A DNA stretch of 63,685 bases, counting the filler, from Octopus bimaculoides (lineage: Eukaryota): NCBI RefSeq assembly GCF_001194135.2. It is 4 parts of 4 records of this genome, joined end to end, with 100 filler letters (N's around TTAATTAATTAA, not from the genome) between each part and the next. Parts side by side here need not be neighbours in the genome. Positions count along the whole stretch, not along the records: positions 1 to 25,514 come from NC_068982.1; positions 25,615 to 53,319 come from NC_068983.1; 2 more parts are not named here. One strand, given 5' to 3'. Every line of letters begins with the position of its first letter. The stretch's first letter is position 1. Under the pieces are notes generated by a model, which searched no databases, was not told where the DNA came from, and was given only the letters and a program-made list of their open reading frames with translations. Both the position numbers and the translations under genes were made by a program. Below, piece by piece: positions 25,195-36,544 of this stretch.

Positions 25195-25514
25195 TGGGAG
25201 AATGTATGAAAAAACAACAACAGACAAGGACAGGTGGTGTAAACAATAAAAGGATGTATTAGTATGATGCTCGGGAATACGGAAAGTCTTTAACGTTTCG
25301 AGCTACGCTCTTCAACAGAAAGAATACGGAGACAAGGAGAAAAACACGGAGAAAAAAAATTGAATAGTGTTCGGTCAATGGTCAATCATAGCTATGGCTG
25401 ACCGGAAGTTAGAAATTTTACACAGGAGAGCTAAGAAAACGGGGAGATAACAAAAGGGGGAGAAAGAACGGTGATCGAAGAACGAGGGGCTGTGTGTGTG
25501 AGAGATAGAATGCT
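25195..25514 (-). mobile_element. Penelope-type dispersed repeat terminus (runs into gap)
   Basis: Homologous to 7700-7791 and 59735-59870. CpG is retained. Carries a hammerhead-like motif, as Penelope-like pseudo-LTRs are known to do. Confidence 0.55.
25287..25323 (-). ncRNA. Minimal type I hammerhead-ribozyme-like motif (variant core)
   Basis: Minus strand UCUUU-CUGUUGA-A-GAGC-GUA-GCUC-GAAAC-GUU-AAAGA gives a 5-bp stem I, 4-bp stem II, GAAA and a palindromic ACGU stem III. The core has U at the canonical A6 position. Confidence 0.5.
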
Positions 25515-25614
25515 NNNNNNNNNNNNNNNNNNNNNNNNNNNNNNNNNNNNNNNNNNNNTTAATTAATTAANNNNNNNNNNNNNNNNNNNNNNNNNNNNNN
25601 NNNNNNNNNNNNNN

Positions 25615-25646
<32 letters not shown>

Positions 25647-25824
25647 GTATGTATGCATGTATGTATGTATGTATATATGTATATACTAGCTGGTGTACCT
25701 GGTAATTCCCGGGGATAAAGATGTTCTGTTGAAACATCTTATTCTGATATAAGAAAGCAATTTCTTTATAAGTGCCACAAAAGTTGTGTTTTCCATCACA
25801 AAAATATACAAAAACTGTCAGCTG

Positions 25825-26015
25825 GAAGAGGGAGAGATTGTTGGAGGTTGGCAAGAGAGGTCATCGGAAGTTGTCTACAGAAGTTGGCGGAGGAGGTTGG
25901 TGAGAGAGGTTGGTGAGAGAGGTTGGCGGAGGTTGGCAAGAGAAATTGTTGGAGGTTGTTAAGAGAGGTTGGCGAGAGAGCTTGTCAGAGGGTAGCAAGA
26001 GAGGTTGTCTGAGGG
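25825..26015. repeat. Degenerate GAGAGGTTGGC minisatellite inside the Helitron
   Basis: Repeated 10-13 nt units read directly. Confidence 0.8.
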
Positions 26016-26037
26016 AGAGGCATCTTGTTCCAAAATT

Positions 26038-26600
26038 TCAGTCTTGCAGGGCTTCATGCTACACAATCTTTTTGGTTTTGCCGTTGGGTGCATAGATGAA
26101 TAAATTTTCCGGATTTCCAACACTAGAGCATCTGACAGAGCTGTCTGTGAGAAAAAGCAGGTCCTGCAAGATTAAGGCCTACCACTTCCAATGTCTGACC
26201 TTGTGCTTTGTTGATACTCATTGCAAAGCTTAATCTCAGTGGGAATTGTAGCCTTTAGAAATCAATTTGTGCATCGGAAGGAATCGGGGAATCTTTGGAA
26301 TGAAAACATCTGCACCACTTGCTTTCCCAGTCAGTATTCTTGCCTCCAGCACTGTCTGCATCATTTTTTTTGATAATAAGTCTTGTGCCATTGCATAATT
26401 TGGGAGGATCGAGGTTTCTTAAAAGCATAACTGGGGCTCCAACCTTTTAAAGCAGTTCATGCAATGGTGTGGCACACAGTATCAATTGACTTGTATATTA
26501 GACGTCGGAGTTATGGACATTCATAGTGTAATGAAATTTAATTGAAAACCTTGCATGCATTGGCAGCATTTAGTTACAGCATTTAGTTATTTGGAGATGT
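26038..26600 (-). pseudogene. Helitron RepHel PIF1-type helicase C-terminal remnant
   Basis: Reads KVGAPVMLLRNLDPPKLCNGTRL, then RLQFPLRLSFAMSINKAQGQTLEVVGLNL...FSH.QL and GNPENLFIYAPNGKTKKIV. Stops and frameshifts are present. Confidence 0.9.
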
Positions 26601-27711
26601 TGAAAAAATGTCTATTACTGGAATGTGTAAATTAATTACAGCAATATGTATATAACTGTTTAGATATTGAATTAGAATAGACAAAGAATATTTGTTTTAT
26701 TTTGTAAATACGAAACATAATGAATCAGAGACTTTCTTGAGATCACCATTATCACATTAGAGCAGCTTGTGAAGTAGAAACATCCAGTTATACTCTGACT
26801 TCTCGTGGCATTTTAAAGGTGAACTTTATGAAGGCTAATTTATTAAAGGTAATATATGAATGTAGTATATATGCATAGAAATATATGAATGAAGTGTTAG
26901 AAGAAAGTGCAATAATAACGTTCACAATCACTGGTGGTCGCTGTCAGTAACTGCATTTAGCTTATGGAGTTCTTGTTATAACTATCGAAAAGCAGCCAGA
27001 AGGATAGACATATTGTTGAGAACAAAGCATTTCATTGGAGGTCTGTTATCACCCATTCTAGCTCCTGGCAGCCTAGAAGAGGTTAGAAGGGTCAAGTGGC
27101 AAAGACATTATTCTGCTTAGCAGAGGCAGCTGGGAAATATATAACTGCTGTCATTCATAGAAAAACTATTGTTTCACCGTGAGAAAAGTGCTGTTGAAGT
27201 GTTAAGTGAAATTTGGTGATCAAGGATCGAATCCACGCTATGTCTGCATGAAGCCACTACAAATATGTTGTGAAAAAAAATCTGTTGTCATGGAGAAAGT
27301 GTAACTGTAAAGATGCAGAAAAGTATGTATGTATAGAAATGTATGAATGAAGTGATTCAAATTAAGGAAGTGCAATAATAATGTTTAGAGGTTCACAACT
27401 GTGAGTAGGGAAATGCAGAATTAGGTCGGTTGATCGTTGGTTCAAAGTAATCGAACATAAACAATGAAATGGGTTATTTCTCTTGAATGTTTAGAAAAAA
27501 TATTCTGTAGGTGGTATGATTTATTTCCCTTGGGTGTTTAAAAACAAAAATTAGTTATATAAGACAGATATAAAGGTCCCTTCTAGGGGCCATTTTCAAC
27601 AATCTAAGTATGTCACGAGGTTTCCAGACATGAGTTCTACTCATGTGTCAAGTTTCATCAAAATCAGTAAAATGATGTAGGAGGAGTTAGCTAACAAAGC
27701 CACAAACAAAC

Positions 27712-27871
27712 TGTTATGTCTCAAGCTACTGCTATCTAGCACCTTCGGATGATCTCTACTCAACCGCTACACAACTGCTACTTGACTGCTACTCAACACT
27801 ACTACCACGGCCAGACTACCTCTATTTATATGTCTTGGGAGAACCTACTTCTTCGCCTGGGGGCGTCGACA
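27712..27871 (-). mobile_element. Possible solo LTR (160 bp) nested near the Helitron 5' end
   Basis: TGT...ACA ends, minus-strand TATAAATAG and retained CpG. The TSD is imperfect (AAAC vs CAAC). Confidence 0.35.
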
Positions 27872-27983
27872 CAACACAAACGCACACCAATTTTCCACAT
27901 ACGGATTAGATATGTATGTGTGTGTGTATGTATATATATATACATACATGAATTATGTATGTATATATGCATATATGTATATA

Positions 27984-28016
<33 letters not shown>

Positions 28017-29781
28017 ACATGTATTATGTATGTATATATGTATATATATTATACATATATACAAGTATACATACATGCACACATGCATGCATACATACAT
28101 ACAGGGGTACCTATATATATATATATGTACATATATATATATTACGTAATAAGTGTCAACAATGTTTCTCGCAGAGCAGATAAGGAAATCAATATGACAA
28201 TACATATTAATTCATAATTCTTGGAATGTATACTGACACATGTATTGTTGCTTAGAACCTCATTTCTTTACAGGATTTGTTCTTTTTATCAAGTTAGTCA
28301 TACTAATGTTGAAGTAACAAAAAACCTCATTGTACACATTTCAATACATGCTTGTTTCCTTAAGCAAAATATGTTTCATTTTGTTTTAGTGAAATTTAGC
28401 AGAGGTGTGTACAATATTTCAACAATCTTAATATACAAGGGATAAATTTTAATCTGATCTCGTCCAGTTTAACTTATGAGTTGTAAATTCATGACAATTT
28501 ATATCATAAATCAATCTTAACATTCTAAAGACTATGACATCAGGTTTTTTTAAGTAAAACGGTGTAAGATTTATATTATGAGAAACTCCTTAATTATCTT
28601 AAGTAGTGTTATATCTCTTTTGTTATACTGTAAAGTATGTGAAGGCACATAACTTAGTGGTTAGAGTATTTGGCTCATGTTTGCAAGGTTGTGAGTTCAA
28701 AACTGGGCAGTATATTGTATCCTCGGGCAAGACATTTTGTTTTATATTGTTCCAGTTCACTCAGTTGGCAAAAATGTGTAGTATCTGGATTTCAGAGGGC
28801 CAACCTTGTCACATTCTGTGTCACACTGAATCTACCGGAAAACTACATTAAGGGTTACATGCGTCTGTGGAGTACTCAGCCACTTGCATGTTAATTTCAC
28901 AAGCTGATTGATCTGTTGGAACACTTGTTGTAGTAACCAACAGAGTGCTAGTTATCCACACTGTAAAAGTGTCATCATCTTTCGTAGTAATTGATATGTT
29001 ATTTTACATTGCCCTTTTGTTTAATGCTTTATATTATTATAGTTGTTTAAAAAACAACAATAAATTAGTTGGTGGAATTGGTAGAGTTACTAAGGTTTAG
29101 GATAAAGCACCACAAGACATTTGTTGTAGCTCTCTATGCTCTATTTTCAAACCCCTGTGATGTTAACTTTGCCTTTCATCCTTTCATCATCAGCATCACC
29201 AGCATCATTTAATGTCCACTTTTCCATGCTTCCATGGGTTGGATGCAGTTTATTTGAGGTACATTTTCTATGGCTGGAGGCCCTTTTTGTCACCCTCACT
29301 TGTTGCCAAGCGAAGTAATATTTTACCCATTGTTAGACATGTTCTTGTAGAATATTGGAAATTAATGACACCGCTCGTATGACAGTGACACTTATTTACA
29401 ACTATCACATGACAGTTTAAAAATCAAGAAATAAGATACCATAGAAACTGAGCCAAATATCTAGCAAGTGTATTCTATGTTTCTGAGATTGCTGGATTTC
29501 TGTATATAGGCTAAATATAAGTTTAAAGTATAAAATAAATAAATAAAAGTAAAGAACAACACTGTTTTTAGCAAATACTGATTAATATACTTCTAAAGCA
29601 GTATTTCTTTGATCTTTAATAATCCATTTGAACTTCTTTGAAATACCTGTATGTGAAAACTGTCCTATGCATAATATATACATTGAAAATTAAACAAAGA
29701 AATGTAAATGACTTGATTATATTTAACAAATAGAATTACAAATTATACACAATAAATTCATTATCCACTCTCTGAGCCCAG

Positions 29782-29875
29782 TGATTCTTATATTGGTCTG
29801 CCATTGCTTACATGCTGTGGAGTGCAATCATTTCCAGACACAACCATACCAAAAATATATCGCAGACATTATCAG
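29782..29875 (+). other. Candidate exon (DSYIGLPLLTCCGVQSFPDTTIPKIYRRHYQ)
   Basis: Strong donor CAG|gtgagt but weak acceptor. An open frame also exists on the minus strand, so this may be a decayed transposon piece. Confidence 0.15.
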
Positions 29876-29961
29876 GTGAGTAACATTCACAAGGTATGAA
29901 ATAAAATCCATGTATGGGCTGGTCCTTCAAAGCCCTGAATTGTACCTTCAGGTATGTTAAT

Positions 29962-30195
29962 TCTTATTTCTTTATTGCCCACAAGGGGCTAAACATAGAG
30001 GGGACAAACAAGGACAGACAAATGGATTAAGTCAATTATATCAACCCCAGTGCGTAACTTGTGCTTACTTTATCGACCCCGAAAGGATGAAAGCAAAGTT
30101 GACCTTGGCAGAATTTGAACTCAGAACGTAGCGGCAGACGAAATACCACTAAGCATTTTGCCCGGCGTGCTAACGTTTCTGCCAGCTCGCCACTT
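29962..30195 (-). mobile_element. Young full-length tRNA-derived SINE
   Basis: CpG is retained. Close inverse match to 39135-39363 and 44680-44900. Confidence 0.85.
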
Positions 30196-30464
30196 TCAAG
30201 TATGTTACTCCTGTGATATTCATACCCCTATAAGGAATAAAAAAAAACATTTGTTTTGTTTACTCCAAGCTAGTGCTCCTTATATTGAACTATTTCATAG
30301 CAATAATTGTATGTGACACCATAAGAAACAAAGTCAATATGCAGTGGAGTACAGCTGTACCTGCCAAACTATCTTTTTATCAATATTATTTGTATTTGTA
30401 AGGTTTATATGTGTTGCAATGACAAGTGACCGGGACCTTTGGAAATATGCAGTACATGAGAAGA

Positions 30465-31191
30465 CCTAGCAAGCCAAGTGAGAGCATAATCTGTGGCCTC
30501 TGACAGAAGTGTAGCCAGCTCACTTATTTGTATCTTTACTTCATTGGACACTAAACTTTGCTTGCAAAGACCTGTTGAGGCAAGTGAATTAAAATCGAAA
30601 TCGAACCAAATTCGATGACTGGCACCCATTCCACCCTCTCCTTCACTGGACACTAAACTCTGCTTGCAAAGGCCTGTTGGGGCAAGTGAAATCGAAATTG
30701 TAATTGAACCATATTCGATGACCGGCACCTGTGACAGTGGAGCACAAACAGCAACGTCCAAGCGGGATCATTGCCAGAGCAGCTGTCTGGTTTCCGTGCC
30801 AGTGGCACATAAATAGCACCATTTGAGCGTGATCATTACCAGTGTCGCCTTACGGGCATTTCTGCAAATTGCATGTTAGAAAATCATTCGAGTGAAGCCG
30901 TTGCCAGTGCTGCAGGACTGGCTCCTGTGCAGGTAACGCGTAAAAAGCACCATTTTGAGTGTGGCCTTTGCCAGTACCGTGTGACTGGCCTTCATGCCAG
31001 TGGCACGTAAAAGCACCCACTACACTCTCAGAGTGGTTGGCGTTAGGAAGGGCATCCAGCTGTAGAAACTCTGCCAGATCAGATTGGAGCCTGGTGCAGC
31101 CCACCAGTTCACCAGTCGTCAGTCAAATTGTCCAACTCATGCTAGCATGGAAAGCAGACTTTAAACGATGATGATGATGATGATGATGATG
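30465..31191 (+). mobile_element. Long SINE-like retroposon with (GAT)n tail (left arm of inverted pair)
   Basis: Colinear with the reverse complement of 32110-32823, including the internal tandem duplication. Confidence 0.85.
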
Positions 31192-31983
31192 AATGACCGT
31201 TCCCAACCCTCCATTATTTTTATAAATATACATACATAAACTTGCCCACACTTATTGTTTGTTATCTCTTTTGTGATATATGCACTGAAAACATTGTGAC
31301 CAATAAACAAAACAACTATTATTAATGTTTGAATTACAAGTAGAAATAGTTTTGGGGAGTAGATTCTGTTCCTGGAAATTATGCTTTACTTGTGACTCAA
31401 GTGGGTGTCATTAGTTTTTTGTTTTGTTATAAACTGTTTTAAAAATGAGATTGTGCTTAATTTTGCATTTTCTGCCTTATTTAGGATGAAATGTTATTTA
31501 TTCATTCATTTTGCTTTATTTGAGATATTTTGAAACTTTATGTTAGGTTACACTTTATAATAAAAATTTTAGGCATAATCTTCAATGGGGTTTGGGGGAG
31601 AGTTTCATAATTATGCTGAAAAGAGAGAAAATTCTATTTGAATAAAAACAAAACAGCTAGAGTTTGACAAAACAATGGAAGATAAAAGGATTCTTTGAAA
31701 AATGTCAAATGTGATAGTATGAACAGTAACATGAAGCTCATCACTGCAAACATTATCAATAATAGAATAAGTGCCTGCTAGCATCTCTAACAACAACTGC
31801 ATCATAACTGAGGACTAGGAAGAACGAGATTTATTATAGACTCCAGAAAAATAGGAATAATGGACATAGTAGGTCATAAAAAAAACATGTTTTCCTTTTC
31901 CAAGGAATTTTTTAAAGAAAGGGCAAAAAAAAATAGTAACATACCTCTGCTTCTCCAGAAAAATAGTTAAGTATTTTACATAC

Positions 31984-32016
31984 CCTAATAAAGGAATCAG
32001 AAAATCATTGTCCAAA
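31984..32016 (-). CDS. Candidate 33-nt exon (xLDNDFLIPLLx, phase 2-2)
   Basis: gctttctgccacag|TTTGGACAATGATTTTCTGATTCCTTTATTAGG|gtatgt. Confidence 0.2.
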
Positions 32017-32109
32017 CTGTGGCAGAAAGCTTGTTATAAATGAAGGGAGGAACTGAAAGAATATCAACCCTCTTGCAATGCATTGATTGGTGCCTGAATA
32101 TATGGAGCA

Positions 32110-32823
32110 ATCATCATCATCATCATCGTTTAAAGTCCGCTTTCCATGCTAGCATGGGTTGGACGATTTGACTGAAGACTGGCGAGCCAGATGGCTACAC
32201 CAGGCTTCAGTCTGATCTGGCAGAGTTTCTACAGCTGGATGCCCTTCCTAATGCCAACCACTCCGAGAGTGTAGTGGGTGCTTTTACGTGCCCCAAGCAC
32301 AAGGGCCAGTCAGGTGGTATTGGCAACGGCCACATTGAAAATTGTGTTTTTTACATGCCACCTGTACAGGGGCCAGTACAGCGGCACTGGCAATGATCTT
32401 GCTTGAATGTTTTCTAAAGTGCCACTGGCACAAGTGCCGGTAAGGCAACGCTGGTAATGATCATGTTCAAATGGTGCTATTTACATGCCACTAGCATGGA
32501 AGCCAGACAGCTGGTCTAGCAATGATCACACTCGGACAGTGCTGTTAGCGCTCCACTGGCACAGGTGCCAGTCATCAAATTTGGTTCAATTACGCTTTCG
32601 GTTTCACTTGCCCCAACAGGTCTTCGCAAACAGAGTTTAGTGTCCAATGAAAGAAAGGTTGGCATGGGTGCCAGTCATTGAATTTGGTTCGATTTTGATT
32701 TCACTTGCCTCAACAGGTCTTCCCAAGCAGAGTTTAGTGTCCGATGAAGTAAAGATACAAATAAGTGGACTGGCTACACCCCTGGCAGAGGCCACGGATT
32801 ATGGTCTCACTTGGCTTGCTAGG
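32110..32823 (-). mobile_element. Long SINE-like retroposon (right arm of inverted pair)
   Basis: Reverse-complement copy of 30465-31191. Confidence 0.85.
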
Positions 32824-32954
32824 TGGTGGTGGTGGTGGTGGTAATGATGGTACTGTGAAGATGCAAGTGTAAAAGAATGGTTGGATAGATGGTTGTCATG
32901 GTGGCAGTGGTAGTGGTGGTGGGTGAGGAATTGCTGGTTCAGAATAAACTCTAT

Positions 32955-33450
32955 AGCATGGAAAGTCCTGCCTGGGATGCATGCAGAGCAACAAAACTGT
33001 TCTGCATGAACTCATTCACTGCCTGAACATTGCTGACTTGTGGAGTTATATTGAACACCTGTTGTTGTGTTGGGGATGGGTTTGGCTATCAGCTGAGTCC
33101 ATATTGAAGATTATTCTGCCATCTTTCTTTGAACATGAAGGGCAAGTAGTCTTCAACTGTCTGCTGGCTTTGGTAGAAGAGGCTGTGTGGCAGACTTGAC
33201 TGAAAGTGTTGAAAACAGATACTTTCCTCTTCAGCCAAGCCATTTTCAATGCTTGCAAATTTCACTTGAAAAGGAATGTGAGCAAAGTGCTGTCTCAGAG
33301 CAAATTTGTTCAAATAAAATGAAAGTGGCAAGGATGAATGAATGAGTCTCCTCTAAATATGTCCTAAGGGTCAGGATGGCCATGGTTTTCAGAGGTTTCT
33401 ATGAGTAATCTTTGGAAGTCCCCCTTTTGGAGAATTATTTCTTGTTGGAA
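32955..33450 (+). mobile_element. Tx1/L1-clade LINE ORF2 3' remnant
   Basis: ORF 32981-33199 reads C(MQS)NKTVLHELIHC, a CCHC zinc-knuckle-like motif, followed by ...LVEEAVWQT. Degenerate. Confidence 0.6.
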
Positions 33451-33800
33451 TTTTTTTGTTTGCTTACTTTTAAGTAATACCACATTTTATAGTTGTGTAC
33501 CATCCTTGATATTTTCTTGAGCCTTTAATGATTAATTAAGAAAACATTATCATTATTATTATTATTATCATTACTATTATTGCACACCAGGCAAAATGTG
33601 TTGCTACATTTTGGTCATGTTTACATTCTGAGTTCAAATCTGCTGAGGTCAACTTTGCCTTTCATCATTTCAAGGATAATAAAATAAGTACTAGTTGAAC
33701 ACTGGAGTCAATGTAATCAACTTACCCCTCTCAAAAAATTTGCTGGCTTCATGCCAAAATCTAAAATCATTTTTGTTATTGCTACTACTATTAATACTAC

Positions 33801-33835
<35 letters not shown>

Positions 33836-33837
33836 CA

Positions 33838-34235
33838 GTTGTTGTTGTTGTTGTTGCTGGCACTCCGTCGCTTACGATGTCGAGGGTTCCAGTTGATCCG
33901 ATCAACGGAACAACCTACTCGTGAAATTAATGTGCAAGTGGCTGAACACTCCACAGACACATGTACCCTTAACATAGTTCTCGGGGATATTCAGTGTGAC
34001 ACAGTGTGACAAGGCTGACCCTTTGAATTACAGGCACAACAGAAACAGGAAGTAAGAGTGAGAGAAAGTTGTGGTGAAAGAGTACAGCAGTGTTCGCCAC
34101 CATCCCCTGCCGGAGCCTCGTGGAGCTTTAGGTGTTTTCGCTCAATAAACACTCACAACGCCCGGTCTGGGAATCGAAACCGCTATCCTATGACTGCGAG
34201 TCTGCTGCCCTAACCACTGGGCCATCGCGCCTCCA
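33838..34235 (-). mobile_element. Young full-length tRNA-derived SINE with (CAA)n tail
   Basis: Minus-strand head GGCGCGATGGCCCAGTGGTTAGG...GGTTTCGATTCC has A and B boxes. Many CpGs are intact. Confidence 0.85.
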
Positions 34236-35229
34236 CAGTAGTACAGTAGATGGCAAAAATTATCTGTTGGACAATGCCTTGTGTTATTGAGTTCAAAACC
34301 TGCTGGTTTCAACTTTACATTTCATACTTCTGATGTTGATAAAATATAGTTCCAGTCAAGCACTGGGCTGATTTCATCAACTGTGTCCCATTAGTAATCA
34401 TCATCATCATCATCATCATTGTCATCATATTTTCTGGATACATTTACATTACAATTGAGATCATTCTTCAAATCTAACATTCTTGGTTACAAGGATTGTG
34501 ATCTTTATAGCTAACATTTTCCTAGCAATATAAAACATTTTTAAAAGTGCACTATTTCTGAACCTCTTTCATAAAAGGTTTGCAAGGAAGTTTTTTAATC
34601 TGTTCTTCAATTCTTTTTATTTAATTACCGTTATAGCTTCCATAACCACGAGTATTTTTTCTTATATCTACATTCCACATTATATTCCATTTCCATTTCT
34701 AGATATTTATATTTTGAAAAATGTTCAACCTATGTATGTACTTGAGATAGTTTAACATTTGCATAAGGCACATCAAATAATGTACAAGTCCTATTTTTCT
34801 TCTTTTTTTCTTCTTTTTTTTGTTGTCTTTTATGATGATATCATAAAAGTTTGCTCCTCACTCTTTATATATACATATGTGTGTGAACATATTTCAGAAA
34901 ATGACAGTTTCTATTGTAGTTGTTTTTTCCCTATTCTAGCCTCAAGTTTTTTTCTTTTTATGAGCTTCTTCAGTTGGAATATTGAATTCTTTATATATTT
35001 TCCAGTGTGAGTTAGAATGTCATGTCAATTAATTCAACATACCATATACATATAGAAGCTCACTATTGAAGCATGTTTATTGAAAACTTAGAGTGTTAAA
35101 TTTTTGAAATTTCTATTAGCCTAAAAAATTGCTTACCTTATCCCTAAAATATTATCATTACCTTTGTTCCTTCATTTGCATTGTGGTGATCTTGTTAACA
35201 CTGGATTGTTTAGTTGCCTCCCTATCAGG

Positions 35230-35510
35230 TTACATGACCTCAAGTAGACAGTACTTGTCACAGGATATTTGCTGTTCTCAAAAGTGTTGTCTTTCTCAAT
35301 GTCATAATCTGAGGACAAATTCCAATAGTGTCAAGGTGTTTCTGAAGAGTTTTTTTTTTATCTCTGATCCAAGTGCTCTAATTATATCTGGTACCACTCT
35401 TTCTTTACCATTGATGTAATGATCTCCTGGGCAAGCTACATCAATCAACAAACACCTCCTTACAGTACCTTTCTCCATCAAAGTTATGTCTGGCTTTGCA
35501 TGTTCAAAAC
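35230..35510 (-). mobile_element. Old Dong/R4-like RLE fragment
   Basis: Minus strand HAKPDITLMEKG..RRCLLIDVACPGD, a PD..D restriction-like endonuclease motif. Confidence 0.6.
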
Positions 35511-35642
35511 TTTGGGTGAGATGCTTAGTGGAATTTCACCTATCTTTACATTCTGAGTTCAAATTCCGCCTTGGTCGACTTTGCCTTTCATCCTTTCAGG
35601 TTCAATAAATTAAGTACCAGTGAAACACTGGAGTCGATGTTA

Positions 35643-36110
35643 AGGGTACACCAAGCACTTGCAACACAACCATATGTGTGCAACATGGTGATCTCATATT
35701 AAGATAAATAGCGCATGACCTTGCAGGTGGGGCCCAGTTAGAATTTTCTTCAGATCGAGTAGCCCATCCCACTCAAAAAGGTCCTTGAATAAAGTTTGTT
35801 TTAAGGATGATGAACAAAACATCTATGTTTCCAGGGGTGAATTATTCAAACACCAAAGAATTCTTCTCAACACATGGCTATGATGCTCCCCCACTACTTC
35901 TGCTCATGATCAGGGATGCATACATCATCAGCTGCTAAGGGATATGCTCAACTGGTTATGGTCAAGCAACTGACAAACAAATCTGTGGTATTGAGTAGAA
36001 TATTTTCTGTAGCCCATCTTTTATACCAAGACAAAACAATGTACAAGATAACACTTCCAATCAGTTAAAATCAGAAGCCATGAGAGCCAGTGCCTGGTGT
36101 TGTATCAGGG
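35643..36110 (-). mobile_element. Non-coding dispersed element bordered by (ATT)n (left-truncated copy)
   Basis: Colinear with 51170-51710. Right end abuts an ATT/ATC repeat. No protein-like frame seen. Confidence 0.7.
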
Positions 36111-36160
36111 AATTATTATCATCATCATCATCATCATCATCATTATTATTATTATTATTA

Positions 36161-36420
36161 TTCAGTAGTTTTATTTTTATAACGTGCTTTCACTTCACTA
36201 CCGAGCGCAGCTCTGTGCGCCTTGGGTATGTGCTGTGGTTTGCTGTGGTGCTCTTATGTTTACTGTATTGAAAGTGTTTTGCGTAGGATGTGTGCAGTGC
36301 CCAGTAGTGCAATTTTCTGTATGTTATATATATTTGTAAGTCCTGGTATTTTTGTTATGTATTTGTCTGAATATTTTTTTATTATACCTAAGGCACCTAC
36401 TATGATAGGAATTGTTTCTG

Positions 36421-36423
<3 letters not shown>
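36161..36423 (-). mobile_element. Young 5'-truncated Dong/R4-like LINE 3' end
   Basis: Minus strand ETIPIIVGALGIIKKYSDKYI...QKIALLGTAHILRKTLSIQ* plus 3' UTR. (ATT)n on both sides. I count 3 differences from the 43776 copy over about 260 bp. Confidence 0.9.
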
Positions 36424-36465
<42 letters not shown>

Positions 36466-36544
36466 GGAAAACTCACAGCTTATTTTGCTAGGTGTAACAG
36501 AAAGTGTCAGCTGTCCACAGCCAGCAGACTAAGATGACACTTGT

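Larger units (their letters stand above)
25686..27910 (-). mobile_element. Helitron deletion derivative with both termini
   Basis: Minus-strand 5' end A|TC at 27910. The 3' end has an imperfect GC-rich hairpin followed by CTAG|T at 25686. Internal helicase remnant. Confidence 0.8.

Noticed and set aside
25559-25570. TTAATTAATTAA islands between N runs (also 53364-53375 and 60033-60044)
   Set aside because: An identical 12-mer centred in gaps of about 100 bp, with stops in all six frames. It is an assembly spacer, not biology.
34160-34235. tRNA-like sequence on the minus strand
   Set aside because: It is the head of a SINE that continues into a body and tail, and the acceptor stem is not properly paired. 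The same applies to other SINE heads.
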